A program made the translations under genes and the position numbers. Below the pieces are notes generated by a model. That model saw nothing but the letters and a program-made list of their open reading frames with translations, was not told where the DNA came from and ran no database searches. From Ignavibacteriota bacterium (GTDB lineage Bacteria > Bacteroidota > Ignavibacteria > UBA10030): DNA of 64,000 nucleotides. Where the stretch lies: positions 96,001 through 160,000 of the forward strand of contig CAVSHO010000008.1 of assembly GCA_963727825.1 (NCBI GenBank), written 5' to 3'. Shown piece by piece: positions 30,318-40,096 of the stretch (position 1 is the first letter of the stretch; each line of letters starts with the position of its first letter).

Positions 30318-31946
30318 ATGAAGAAATTCAAAGCAACGAAGAAAATTGGAAAGAAAACTGTTCCCAGGCGTAAACCTATCTCCAAAGTTAACCGAACAGT
30401 TCAGAAAAACATTCTTCCAAAAATGTTGCAATTCAAAGAAAGTATGTTGACTCTCATTAGTGAGACCTCGACAAATTTACCACCAGATATTAGGCGTGCG
30501 TTAAAATGGGCGATTGAACGCGAAACACCGGGAAGTCAGGCGATGCTGGCATTGCAGGCAATGGCTATCAATACCGATATGGCGTGTGATAACGAAGCAC
30601 CCATCTGTCAAGACACTGGAATGCCAACCTTTGAAATAAAAACACCGGCTGGTACTAACCAGATTCTAATGCAGAAAGAAATTAAGGAGGCGATCGTTAA
30701 GGCGACTAAAATTGGTAAACTCCGTCCCAACGCTGTTGATTCTCTCACAGGCAAAAACAGCGGTAGCAATCTTGGAGATGGTTTTCCGGTGATGCATTTT
30801 GAACAGTGGGAGGAAAAAGAAATTGAAGTGCGATTGATTCTAAAAGGCGGCGGATGCGAGAATAAAAACATTCAATACTCTGTGCCATGCGAGTTGCCCA
30901 ACCTCGGCAGGGCAGATCGCACGATGGATGGCATCCGCAAGTGTTTGCTTCATGCTGTCTGGCAGGCGCAGGGGCAAGGATGCAGCGTTGGTGCAATCGG
31001 TGTTGCTATCGGTGGAGACCGAGCATCTGGTTATCAATACGCTAAGCAGCAACTCTTCCGCGTGCTCGACGACATCAATCCCAATCCGGAACTCGCAAGA
31101 CTTGAGGACTACGTTTTACAAAACGCCAATAAACTTGGAATCGGCACCATGGGATTTGGAGGATTGTCAACGCTCATCGGCTGCAAAATAGGTTCTTACC
31201 ATCGCTTACCTGCAAGTTTTTTTGTAACGGTGGCTTACAATTGTTGGGCGTATCGACGGCTCGGTGTGATTTTGGATGCGAAGACCGGAGCGATTAAGCG
31301 TTGGCTTTACAAGGAAGATACGCCGGTAATGCGAATGGCAAAAGAAGAAAGTCTGCCGCTGACGGGGCGTGAGATTCCGCTTACGATGCCTTTGTCCGAG
31401 GATCAAGTGCGCGCGTTAAAAGTTGGCGACGTTCTATTGTTGAGCGGTGCGATGCACATGGGACGCGATGTTCTTCATCATCATTTAATGACAAACGACT
31501 CGCCAGTGAATCTCGATGGCGGCGCGATTTATCATTGCGGTCCAGTCGCACTTAAAAAAGGTGACAAATGGTTTATGAATGCAGCCGGTCCGACAACAAG
31601 TATTCGTGAAGAGCCATATCAAGGTGAAATCATTCGCAAATTCAAAGTGCGAGCAGTTATCGGTAAAGGTGGAATGGGCGCAAAAACACTCGCTGCTTTA
31701 AAAGAAGTTGGTGCAGTATATTTAAGCGCAATCGGCGGTGCGGCGCAATATTATTCTAAGTGCATTGAAGAAGTAGAAGGTGTCGATTTTCTGGAATTTG
31801 GCGTGCCTGAAGCGATGTGGCATGTGCGTGTTAAAGACTTTCCCGTAATTGTCACGATGGATGCCCACGGCAACAGTCTCCATGCGGATGTGGAGAAAGC
31901 TTCGGCAGAAGAACTTGCGAAATTTTCAGAACCAGTGGCTATATAG
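30318..31946 (+). CDS. Class I (Fe-S) fumarate hydratase, fused alpha/beta
   Basis: PICQDTG, KGGGCEN, AGPTTSIRE, IGKGGM, VTMDAHGNSLH; ATG 30318 after GGAGG. Confidence 0.92.
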   Translation: MKKFKATKKIGKKTVPRRKPISKVNRTVQKNILPKMLQFKESMLTLISETSTNLPPDIRRALKWAIERETPGSQAMLALQAMAINTDMACDNEAPICQDTGMPTFEIKTPAGTNQILMQKEIKEAIVKATKIGKLRPNAVDSLTGKNSGSNLGDGFPVMHFEQWEEKEIEVRLILKGGGCENKNIQYSVPCELPNLGRADRTMDGIRKCLLHAVWQAQGQGCSVGAIGVAIGGDRASGYQYAKQQLFRVLDDINPNPELARLEDYVLQNANKLGIGTMGFGGLSTLIGCKIGSYHRLPASFFVTVAYNCWAYRRLGVILDAKTGAIKRWLYKEDTPVMRMAKEESLPLTGREIPLTMPLSEDQVRALKVGDVLLLSGAMHMGRDVLHHHLMTNDSPVNLDGGAIYHCGPVALKKGDKWFMNAAGPTTSIREEPYQGEIIRKFKVRAVIGKGGMGAKTLAALKEVGAVYLSAIGGAAQYYSKCIEEVEGVDFLEFGVPEAMWHVRVKDFPVIVTMDAHGNSLHADVEKASAEELAKFSEPVAI

Positions 31947-31977
31947 TCAATAAACATAGATTAAAGGGCTATTCTCA

Positions 31978-32265
31978 ATGACAGAAGAAGAATACAGGAG
32001 CAAATGGAAAGACACCGGACCTATTGAAATCAAAATGATTGAGAAGCATGGCAAATGTAAACATCAATTAGGTGATACTTTTCAATATAAAACTCCTTAC
32101 GAGAGACCCAATGAGGTTTGTTTTGCTCTGCTTCACATTCTTGATTTGTATACATGGCGAGTTTTACAAGGTTTCCCTTCATGGGAAAAGGACGATGGAA
32201 ATGTGTACCGTATTCATTGTCCTTCAAAACTTGGGACAGTTTGGGAAATGAAGAAACCGAAATAG
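31978..32265 (+). CDS. Small Cys-containing hypothetical protein (TIGR04076-like)
   Basis: GKC..GDTF..VC..H..IHCP pattern recalled from this family; not verified. Confidence 0.55.
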   Translation: MTEEEYRSKWKDTGPIEIKMIEKHGKCKHQLGDTFQYKTPYERPNEVCFALLHILDLYTWRVLQGFPSWEKDDGNVYRIHCPSKLGTVWEMKKPK

Positions 32266-32270
32266 TTTCT

Positions 32271-32765
32271 ATGCCGAAAGAAGATTATCCAATTACATCT
32301 GCGGTTAGATTGCTTCGAGAGAAAAATATTGCGTTTGTTCCTTTTCTCTTTCGTTATGAGGAACATGGAGGCACGCACCAATTTGCAGCAGAGTTTGATG
32401 TGCCCGATCATCAAGTTATCAAAACATTAGTCTTTGAGACGGACCAGAAGAAGCCACTATTAGTGCTAATGCATGGCGACCGGGAAGTTTCCACGAAGCA
32501 GATGGCACGCATCATCGGGGCAAAACAAGTAACACCGTGCGATGCCAACACTGCACAACGCCACACCGGTTATCAATTTGGTGGGACAAGCCCGTTCGGA
32601 ACGCGGCACCAATTGCCTGTGTATGTGGAAAAGACTATATTGGATTTACAAAAAATCTACGTCAATGGTGGAAAACGCGGCTTCATTGTTGAGATCGCTC
32701 CACATGATCTTTGCGCAGTAGTAGAAATCAAAGAAATTGAAGCGGCTATTCTTTCCAACTCATAA
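32271..32765 (+). CDS. ybaK: YbaK/EbsC aminoacyl-tRNA deacylase
   Basis: VIKTLV, TGYQFGGTSPFG, NGGKRG; ATG 32271. Confidence 0.9.
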   Translation: MPKEDYPITSAVRLLREKNIAFVPFLFRYEEHGGTHQFAAEFDVPDHQVIKTLVFETDQKKPLLVLMHGDREVSTKQMARIIGAKQVTPCDANTAQRHTGYQFGGTSPFGTRHQLPVYVEKTILDLQKIYVNGGKRGFIVEIAPHDLCAVVEIKEIEAAILSNS

Positions 32766-32777
32766 GCAGGTGAAGAT

Positions 32778-34019
32778 ATGGAATTAGGAACAATTGAATG
32801 GACCGTACAGCTTCGATTCATTATAGCTCTTGCACTTGGCTTTCTTGTTGGCCTCGAAAGAGAAAGTATAAAGGTTGACCAGAAGCTTGTTTTTGGCGGA
32901 GTACGCACACATCCTATCATCAGCATGTTTGGTTTCGGATGTGCATGGTTATATCAGATTGGGGCTACTGCTATGCTGCCAGTCGGATTATTGGCAATTG
33001 CCTTACTAACAGGAATTGCTTACGTTGCCAAAATTCGTGTCGATCGTTTTGGCACAACGAGCGAGGTTTCTGCATTACTTACATTTATAACAGGCGCTTT
33101 GGCAATGCTGGTAGATGTATGGATCGCCATGGCGTTAGGCGTCATAAATACCATGTTGCTTTCGGAAAAAGCAATGCTCGAATCCTACGTAGAACGACTT
33201 AGTAAAGTGGAATTCTTGGCAACAATTAAATTTATTTTAGTGACTGTAATTATTTTACCTGTTCTACCAAATCATGAATTCACACAATTCCATATCAATC
33301 CATTCAAAGTCTGGCAAATTGTTATCATCGTTTCCACTTTGGGATTCGTTGGATATTTCCTGGAGAAAAGGTTTGGATCCAAATTAGGTTTATGGATGTC
33401 GGGAATATTTGGAGGCATTGTTTCCAGTACGGCGGTAACTCTTTCTGTTGGAAGAATGGCGCGGAATTATCCTGCTCGTGGAAGTACTGCATTGCAGGCG
33501 TCGTTGCTTGCAAGCAGTGTCACATATTTGCGTACATTAGTACTTATCTGGTTTATTAATGGCTCGTTTCTTCCGAATCTTTGGCCGCGCTTTGTCTTTC
33601 TTTCTTTTGTCGGTATTGTGTTATCTATTAGGATGTTTAAAAAGGAACCACCGGTATCAGAATCCGTGATGCCTGAAATGCAAAACCCATTTGAAATTCG
33701 CCCGGCAATTGGATTTGCCATCCTATTTATTCTTCTCTCCGTAGTGACCGGATTTGTGAAAACTACAATGGGAAATTCCGGTTTATTAGGTTTAGCGTCT
33801 ATCGTTGGTGTATCAGATATCACTCCTTTCATCCTCTCAATAGTTCAGGGATTTAATGGAACGGCGCATATCTATACGTCAGCGATTATTCTTGCATTGA
33901 TGAGTAATACTATTGCCAAAGGCATATATTTTGGAAGCCTTTCCCCGACGACGAGAAAAGAAGCTATATTGAAATATTCCATATATGCAGTACTCCACAT
34001 CCCCTTCGTAATCTGGTGA
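32778..34019 (+). CDS. MgtC/SapB-family membrane protein with DUF4010
   Basis: ALGFLVGLERE, GGVRT, ILPVLPN, GGIVSSTAVT, NPFEI. Confidence 0.88.
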   Translation: MELGTIEWTVQLRFIIALALGFLVGLERESIKVDQKLVFGGVRTHPIISMFGFGCAWLYQIGATAMLPVGLLAIALLTGIAYVAKIRVDRFGTTSEVSALLTFITGALAMLVDVWIAMALGVINTMLLSEKAMLESYVERLSKVEFLATIKFILVTVIILPVLPNHEFTQFHINPFKVWQIVIIVSTLGFVGYFLEKRFGSKLGLWMSGIFGGIVSSTAVTLSVGRMARNYPARGSTALQASLLASSVTYLRTLVLIWFINGSFLPNLWPRFVFLSFVGIVLSIRMFKKEPPVSESVMPEMQNPFEIRPAIGFAILFILLSVVTGFVKTTMGNSGLLGLASIVGVSDITPFILSIVQGFNGTAHIYTSAIILALMSNTIAKGIYFGSLSPTTRKEAILKYSIYAVLHIPFVIW

Positions 34020-34075
34020 TGAAAGAATAGAGTGATTAAGAGACCGGCATAGATAAATCCATCAGCAAGACAGTC

Positions 34076-35155
34076 ATGATATTCTCTAAAATATTGATGT
34101 TTGGAGTTTTATTAATTGTTTGTTTACTGTCGTTATCCTGTTCGACAACATCATATCGAGATGTATATCCTATGCTTATTGATGGTAAATACGATTCCGA
34201 ATTTCCTTATCGCGGATGTTCCGAACAACTTGAACAGATTTCAGAATCTGTGAGAATGATCAATTGTATTGCATATTATAAAAGCTTGGTCTTTCCGTTA
34301 GAGGCAAAAGTTCGCATAAATAATATTCTTGATCCATTTCTCAAAGAGAAAGCAGAAAAAGAAGTGTACTTGAATCAAACTGCATCAGGAAGTGCGACAG
34401 TGATATATTGCCAGAATATTAGGATTGCATTATTGACGTGTGCACATGTTGTCGATTTCAGTGATACGATTTTTACTTTTTATCGCGGAGAAGACAAGAA
34501 ACCAACGGAATTTATTCAAAGTATAGCTGTGAAAGATCACCAAACAAACTACGTCGCGTCTATTCAAGGATTGAATAATTTAAAAATCTTATTGTTCGAT
34601 AGAGAAAATGATTTAGCGCTTCTTGGGCAGGAAATTGATCCCACAATTGCTCCTACTATTACTGTATTTAAGTATCCGATAGGAAAGGCGAAGGAACTTG
34701 AGTGGGGAGCGTTTGTGTACCTGTTTGGGTACCCTTCTGGATATCGGATCGTGACAAAAGCAATCGTCAGCAGTCCTAACCGAGACAAATATGGATCATT
34801 CTTGACTGATGCTGTTTTCAGTAGAGGATTCAGTGGCGGCATTGTGCTTGCCATCCGCGATGGCGTTCCGAATTTTGAATTGGTTGGATTGATGAAATTA
34901 GTTCCGGGACATCAACAATATTATTTGACTCCTGCTAAGGCAGGGGAACAGGTCGATTTTGATTCCAATATTCCATTCAAAGGCGATGTTTATGCCGAAA
35001 GCCGGATGGATATTATTTATGGCATAGCTCCGGCAATTCCAGCAGAATTGATTGTTGATTTTCTGCAAACAAATCAGCAGAAACTTATCGACGCAGGATA
35101 TGATTTACGGTCTTTTCTCGAACGCCCGTCATTCGCAAAACCAGTAAATAAATGA
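34076..35155 (+). CDS. Lipoprotein with trypsin-like serine protease domain
   Basis: Lipobox SLSC; LLTCAHVV, NDLALL, GFSGG give a His/Asp/Ser triad; GYP motif. Confidence 0.75.
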   Translation: MIFSKILMFGVLLIVCLLSLSCSTTSYRDVYPMLIDGKYDSEFPYRGCSEQLEQISESVRMINCIAYYKSLVFPLEAKVRINNILDPFLKEKAEKEVYLNQTASGSATVIYCQNIRIALLTCAHVVDFSDTIFTFYRGEDKKPTEFIQSIAVKDHQTNYVASIQGLNNLKILLFDRENDLALLGQEIDPTIAPTITVFKYPIGKAKELEWGAFVYLFGYPSGYRIVTKAIVSSPNRDKYGSFLTDAVFSRGFSGGIVLAIRDGVPNFELVGLMKLVPGHQQYYLTPAKAGEQVDFDSNIPFKGDVYAESRMDIIYGIAPAIPAELIVDFLQTNQQKLIDAGYDLRSFLERPSFAKPVNK

Positions 35156-36465
35156 ATTTTGTAGAAAGCATACGCAAAGCTGGTGTTGTTGGATGCGGCG
35201 GTGCCGGATTTCCATCAGACGTTAAAGCTGCAACGAAAGTAGAGATTGTAGTTGCGAACGGGGCGGAGTGTGAACCGCTTCTTCACAAAGATTTAGAATT
35301 GATGATGCGTGAGCCGGAAGCAATAGTGAGTGGAATGAAACAGTTGATGTCTGTGACCGGTGCGCAACGCGGAATTATTGGTGTGAAAAAGAAGCATGAA
35401 GATAAATTAGATGGAATAAGATTAGCTTTGCACAGTACGAACATCACGTTGCAATTTCTTGGAGATTATTATCCTACAGGCGATGAATATGTGCTTGTTT
35501 ACGAGACGACGAGACGTCTTATTCCTCCACAGGGAATTCCTCTCGATGTCGGTGTTGTTGTAAACAATGTCGAAACTCTTCGGAATCTTCATCTCGCAAT
35601 GCAAGATCATCCATTCATCACAAAATATATTTCCATAGCTGGCGCTGTTGTACATCCTTCCACATTTGAAGTACCTGTTGGCATTTCATTCGCCGATGTT
35701 ATTGAAGCGGCGGGCGGCGCTACAGTTCCTGATTATGCAGTGTTCGTAAGCGGAATAATGATGGGAAAACTCGAAACAGATCTGGCGCTTCCGGTCACCA
35801 AAACCTGCGCGGGATTAGTCATTCTTCCGATGAGTCATCGTCTTGTGCAGAGAAAAAGTTTAACGATGGATGCTATGCTTCGTATTGGAAAATCAGCATG
35901 TGACCAATGCAGTTTCTGCACGGAGTTCTGTCCTCGCTACTTATTGGGTTACGGAGTTCAACCGCATAAAGTAATGAGGAGTCTGTCATTTACAGCCACT
36001 GGGGATGATAATTGGAATCAATGGGCTCAATTATGCTGTGCGTGCGGTTTGTGCACATTGTATTCCTGTCCGGAAGATTTATACCCGAAGGAAGCATGCG
36101 ATAAGGCAAAAAGTGATTTACTTGCAAAAAGAATAAAATGGAATGGCGACCGTGATGTTCACATTCATCCCATTTTTAATGGACGGCACGTCCCGTTAAA
36201 GAAACTGATAGAAAAACTGGGAATAGGAAAATATGATGTATCGGCGAAATTTGTTGAAAAAAAGTTTATCCCCAATCAAGTTCGATTGCCCTTGTTGCAG
36301 CATCTTGGAACACCTGCAAAAGCATTAGTGTCCATCGGACAGCAGGTGAATGCCGGCGAAGTTGTAGCGGATATACCAGAAGGAAAACTTGGTGCATGTA
36401 TTCATGCGAGCATCGATGGAAAAGTGGAAACAATAGATGGCGAGATTGTCATTGAACGAACTTGA
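35152..36465 (+). CDS. PduS/RnfC-like flavin and 4Fe-4S oxidoreductase
   Basis: AGVVGCGGAGFP, NGAECEPLL, YPTGDE, SLBB region, CDQCSFCTEFCP and CCACGLCTLYSCP, C-terminal IHASIDG sandwich barrel. Confidence 0.88.
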   Translation: MNFVESIRKAGVVGCGGAGFPSDVKAATKVEIVVANGAECEPLLHKDLELMMREPEAIVSGMKQLMSVTGAQRGIIGVKKKHEDKLDGIRLALHSTNITLQFLGDYYPTGDEYVLVYETTRRLIPPQGIPLDVGVVVNNVETLRNLHLAMQDHPFITKYISIAGAVVHPSTFEVPVGISFADVIEAAGGATVPDYAVFVSGIMMGKLETDLALPVTKTCAGLVILPMSHRLVQRKSLTMDAMLRIGKSACDQCSFCTEFCPRYLLGYGVQPHKVMRSLSFTATGDDNWNQWAQLCCACGLCTLYSCPEDLYPKEACDKAKSDLLAKRIKWNGDRDVHIHPIFNGRHVPLKKLIEKLGIGKYDVSAKFVEKKFIPNQVRLPLLQHLGTPAKALVSIGQQVNAGEVVADIPEGKLGACIHASIDGKVETIDGEIVIERT

Positions 36466-36484
36466 AAGATGAAATGACTATGGA

Positions 36485-37036
36485 ATGGAAATGAACGCTA
36501 TTGGATTAATTGAATTAACAAGTATTGCGGCTGGTTTCAATACTGCTGATGCAATGCTGAAAGCATCATCTGTTACATTATTACTTTCGCGCAGCATATG
36601 TTCCGGCAAATATATTGTGCTTGTTGGAGGCGATGTGGCAGCCGTCCGTGCAAGTGTTGATGCAGGAAAAGAAGCAAGTAAAGGGATGATCGTGGATACA
36701 TTTGTCATTCCCAATGTTCATCAGGATGTATTTCCGGCTATTTCTGGCACTGTACAAATTCAAATGCTCGAAGCACTGGGTATTGTAGAATCGTTTAGTG
36801 TCGCTTCATTAATCGAAGCGGCGGATGCCGCCGTGAAAACCGCCCGCGTTAAATTGATAGAAATTCGTTTGGCGATGGCGCTTGGCGGCAAAGCTTTTGT
36901 CACGATGACCGGTGATGTTGCTTCTGTTAAGTCGGCGGTAGATGCGGCGGCGGTGGTGTGTTCAGAACGAGGATTATTAGTAAATAAAGTCGTTATTCCA
37001 AATCCATGTAAAGAATTGTTGAAAGAAATTGTCTAA
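36485..37036 (+). CDS. PduT-like tandem BMC-domain shell protein (BMC-T)
   Basis: Two BMC repeats (AIGLIELTSIAAG..ADAMLK; ALGIVE..AADAAVK); SICSGKY with the pore Cys; LGGKAF. Confidence 0.92.
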   Translation: MEMNAIGLIELTSIAAGFNTADAMLKASSVTLLLSRSICSGKYIVLVGGDVAAVRASVDAGKEASKGMIVDTFVIPNVHQDVFPAISGTVQIQMLEALGIVESFSVASLIEAADAAVKTARVKLIEIRLAMALGGKAFVTMTGDVASVKSAVDAAAVVCSERGLLVNKVVIPNPCKELLKEIV

Positions 37037-37107
37037 TTTCCCAAAATGAACTTTTTTCTATTTCCAACGTAGTACTGTGCGTGAATAGAACATCAAAAAC
37101 AAATACA

Positions 37108-38232
37108 ATGCCTCCTCGATTGCCTCTTTTCCTTCAAAGCTTGCACAACATTCTTACCCGCGATCTAACGTGGGATGATCTGAATAAGTCACTTAACGAA
37201 GACATGCGTGGAATGTACGAATTCTATGCACGCAGTATGAAATCCGTTGAGGGAGAACGAAATGGAATTAAACGATCGATTAAATTCGTATGGCATCTCT
37301 TTGTTGCCTTCCTATTAAAACTCACGCCGCCGCGACGATTAATGTATGCCATCGCCTTTGTGTTTATTATTGTTGCAATGTCAGAGGGCAAGGCTGCATC
37401 CGCGATATATTCTTTTATCATCGTTACATTTTTATTGGCGATGGAACTTGCTGACAAACTAATTACAAAGGATGAGTTGAGTGTTGCACGAGACATTCAA
37501 CTTAGTCTTCAGCCGACCAGTGACGTGAAGATTGCCGGATATGAACACGTCGCGCATAGCGAAGCGGCGAAGCAAGTCGGCGGTGATTATTATGATATTC
37601 TCAATCTTCCGGATTCCAGTACTTTGGCTATTATTGGAGATGTTTCCGGGAAAGGTATTTCATCGGCGCTTTATGTGGTGAAGATGCAGACCGCTCTTCA
37701 GCTCTTTGCAACTGAAACAAACGATCCACGAGAATTGCTTATTCGGCTTAATTCGCATGTTTACGGGCAGCTTAAACGAAATTATTTCCTTTCACTATTC
37801 TTGGTAAAGCTGTATTCAGATGGAAATGTGGAATTGTGCCGCGCAGGTCATCCACCGGCGTTGTTGCGCAGAGCGGTTGATAATTCTGTTACTTGGCTGA
37901 AGCCAAATGGCATTGCTGTCGGAATGGCTCCCTCATCTAATGGCGGAGTTGACTCTCAACAGAAGATTACTTGTTTTAGTAGTTCACTTGAAACGCAGTC
38001 TATTAAATTGGAGCAAGGCGATGTTCTTTTCCTTTTTACAGATGGCGTGATCGAATCGGTTGATACAGACGGGAAAGAATATGGGCTGGATCGAATTGCT
38101 GAGTTGATAAAATATTGCTCAGGAGAAGCCATAGAACAAATGCGGCAATATATTATTACCGAACTTTCTCGATATCGTGCAGGAACAGACCTGAGAGACG
38201 ACACTACATTTGTGCTGTTAAAGCGGACGTAG
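37108..38232 (+). CDS. Membrane-anchored SpoIIE/RsbU-type PP2C phosphatase
   Basis: ARDIQ, VGGDYYD, GDVSGKG, AGHPP, FTDGVIE, DDTT; two TM segments. Confidence 0.9.
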   Translation: MPPRLPLFLQSLHNILTRDLTWDDLNKSLNEDMRGMYEFYARSMKSVEGERNGIKRSIKFVWHLFVAFLLKLTPPRRLMYAIAFVFIIVAMSEGKAASAIYSFIIVTFLLAMELADKLITKDELSVARDIQLSLQPTSDVKIAGYEHVAHSEAAKQVGGDYYDILNLPDSSTLAIIGDVSGKGISSALYVVKMQTALQLFATETNDPRELLIRLNSHVYGQLKRNYFLSLFLVKLYSDGNVELCRAGHPPALLRRAVDNSVTWLKPNGIAVGMAPSSNGGVDSQQKITCFSSSLETQSIKLEQGDVLFLFTDGVIESVDTDGKEYGLDRIAELIKYCSGEAIEQMRQYIITELSRYRAGTDLRDDTTFVLLKRT

Positions 38233-38236
38233 CTAA

Positions 38237-38959
38237 TTACGGATTCTTCTTGTCGGCGGAAGACTTGCCTAAACCATTCTGTACCCTTAGTAATTCACTC
38301 ACTTTCAAAAATATGAATCCTTTAGCGTGAAGTGCTTGAATAATTTCTGGCAATGCTTCGGATGTGTGCCAACCACGACCATTCACGTGCATCACTATAA
38401 TACTACCATTTCGCACACAAGAAACGACGTAATGAATAAGGCGTTCTCGCGAGATTGTAGAGTCTGGATCGCCGGATGCGAGATCGTACATCACCGTTGT
38501 GAGACCAATATTATTTACGATATTTTCTATTCGTTGATCTGTCTCACCATACGGCGGTCGAAATAGTTTTGACGAAGCTCCAGTAATATGTCTCAATAAA
38601 GATTCCGTTTGTTCCAATTCTTGCCTAATACTATCCTCAGAGATATTTAAACAGTGCGGATGCGAAAAACTGTGATTGCCTAACTCAAATTCTGGCACTA
38701 ATGCAAGTTTCTTCACCTCGTTTTTGTGTTTTATAATCCATTTGCCGCTTAGAAAAAACGTCGCAGGCACCCCAGAATCGACAAGAATTTGAACTATGCG
38801 TGCATCAAATCCGCCGTGTGTGGAAGAAGGGCATGCATCGAACGTCAGGGCAATTTTCTTTTCATGCCTGGAACCATGAAATAGTGCTTGTGCATCGGCT
38901 TGTATAGATTGCAATAAAATAATGCCAAGAATAATGATAAAACGGGAAAACGGTATCAT
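38237..38959 (-). CDS. Exported polysaccharide deacetylase (CE4/NodB)
   Basis: IALTFDA, ATFF, GNHSFSH, FRPPYG, IIVMH. Confidence 0.9.
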   Translation of the reverse strand: MIPFSRFIIILGIILLQSIQADAQALFHGSRHEKKIALTFDACPSSTHGGFDARIVQILVDSGVPATFFLSGKWIIKHKNEVKKLALVPEFELGNHSFSHPHCLNISEDSIRQELEQTESLLRHITGASSKLFRPPYGETDQRIENIVNNIGLTTVMYDLASGDPDSTISRERLIHYVVSCVRNGSIIVMHVNGRGWHTSEALPEIIQALHAKGFIFLKVSELLRVQNGLGKSSADKKNP

Positions 38960-38981
38960 AAATTATAAAAGTTAGTGTATA

Positions 38982-39010
38982 TAAAAATGCCTCTTGTTAA
39001 ATCAAGAGGC
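38982..39010 (-). terminator. Intrinsic terminator downstream of the small ORF
   Basis: TGCCTCTTG-6nt-CAAGAGGCA stem followed by a T run on the minus strand. Confidence 0.7.
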
Positions 39011-39038
39011 AAGTATTTAGTTCAATATATATTCATGT

Positions 39039-39212
39039 CTAATGAAATGAATGTCCTCCTCGAACATGACCTGCCGTAACACTCAAGCCAATGCGTTGTC
39101 GGTTCGTTATTTGATTTTTGAGTTTTAACTTGAACTCTGTGCTTCCCAGTCTATGCTGGAGCATTTTGTTGTTTTTTTGCTCCTTTGGCGTCTGTAAGTT
39201 TGTAGATTTCAT
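39039..39212 (-). CDS. Putative 57-aa basic small protein
   Basis: AAGGAGGAG RBS just before ATG; own terminator; no recognisable family. Confidence 0.5.
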   Translation of the reverse strand: MKSTNLQTPKEQKNNKMLQHRLGSTEFKLKLKNQITNRQRIGLSVTAGHVRGGHSFH

Positions 39213-39365
39213 TAACTCCTCCTTATGTTTATAAAAGAATGAACTAATGAATTTAGTTATCTGCAAAATGATACTGACTTGCTAACTAATTGTCAAGTGA
39301 TTGCATATAATTTATATTTGCTCGGCGGACACTTTTTCTCTATATTTCAATATGGAATGATAAGC

Positions 39366-39437
39366 GCTGAAGTAGCTCAGTGGTAGAGCAGCGGTTTCGT
39401 AAACCGCAGGTCGTGGGTTCAACTCCCACCTTCAGCT
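39366..39437 (+). tRNA. tRNA-Thr(CGT)
   Basis: Acceptor GCTGAAG/CTTCAGC, anticodon arm GCGGT-TTCGTAA-ACCGC, T arm GTGGG-TTCAACT-CCCAC; CCA not encoded. Confidence 0.96.
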
Positions 39438-39566
39438 CTAAATCTCGGTTACTTAAATTCAACTATCTTTCAAAGGCGGTCATTTTTCTTTGACATTATT
39501 AGGTATTACAACTTTGCAACTTTCCTTACAACCGAATTATCTTTCCAATAAATGAGGATTGGCACT

Positions 39567-39932
39567 ATGGTAACAACAATTCTGGTCGTTGACGACGAAG
39601 ATGCTGTCCGAAAATCAATCGCCTTTGCATTGAAACAAAAAAGAGGATTTGATGTCCTTGAAGCTGGAGATGGTCTTGTTGGCCTTGAACTCGCCAAAAG
39701 GCAAAAACCAGACCTTATAATTAGCGATGTGATCATGGATAATTTAAATGGATTTATGATGTTGGAATCATTGCGTGAGGATCCAGAGACTGCCCAGATT
39801 CCGGTTATTATGATGACAACTCCTGCCCTAGGCGCAGGAGCTTGGAAATCCGGTGTTGCAACAGAATATCTAGAGAAAGGATTTACCTTAGATGAACTTC
39901 TCGTTGTTGTTGATAAAGTCTTAAAGATTTAA
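39567..39932 (+). CDS. Single-domain response regulator (CheY-like)
   Basis: ILVVDDE, PDLIISDVIM, IPVIMMT, YLEK. Confidence 0.9.
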   Translation: MVTTILVVDDEDAVRKSIAFALKQKRGFDVLEAGDGLVGLELAKRQKPDLIISDVIMDNLNGFMMLESLREDPETAQIPVIMMTTPALGAGAWKSGVATEYLEKGFTLDELLVVVDKVLKI

Positions 39933-40096
39933 TCTACTCACGGAGTAAGCTGTTCTTGATATATTTAGGGGTTTTTGGAAACTAAAGAAAAATTATAATT
40001 CAAATCTTAACTTCTACCTTCATATAAACATGAATTTATTATCAATCCGCCACAGGCGGTTTATTTTTGTCTTTTATAATAAAATGATTATTCACA

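Noticed and set aside
39366-39932. tRNA-Thr as an island integration site
   Set aside because: No duplicate of its 3' end and no integrase found in the window.
39935-40096. Possible yybP-ykoY manganese riboswitch upstream of mntP
   Set aside because: The region is AT-rich and I could not identify the conserved aptamer; only a short CCGCC-aca-GGCGG hairpin (terminator or mini-palindrome) is visible. An Rfam scan would settle it.
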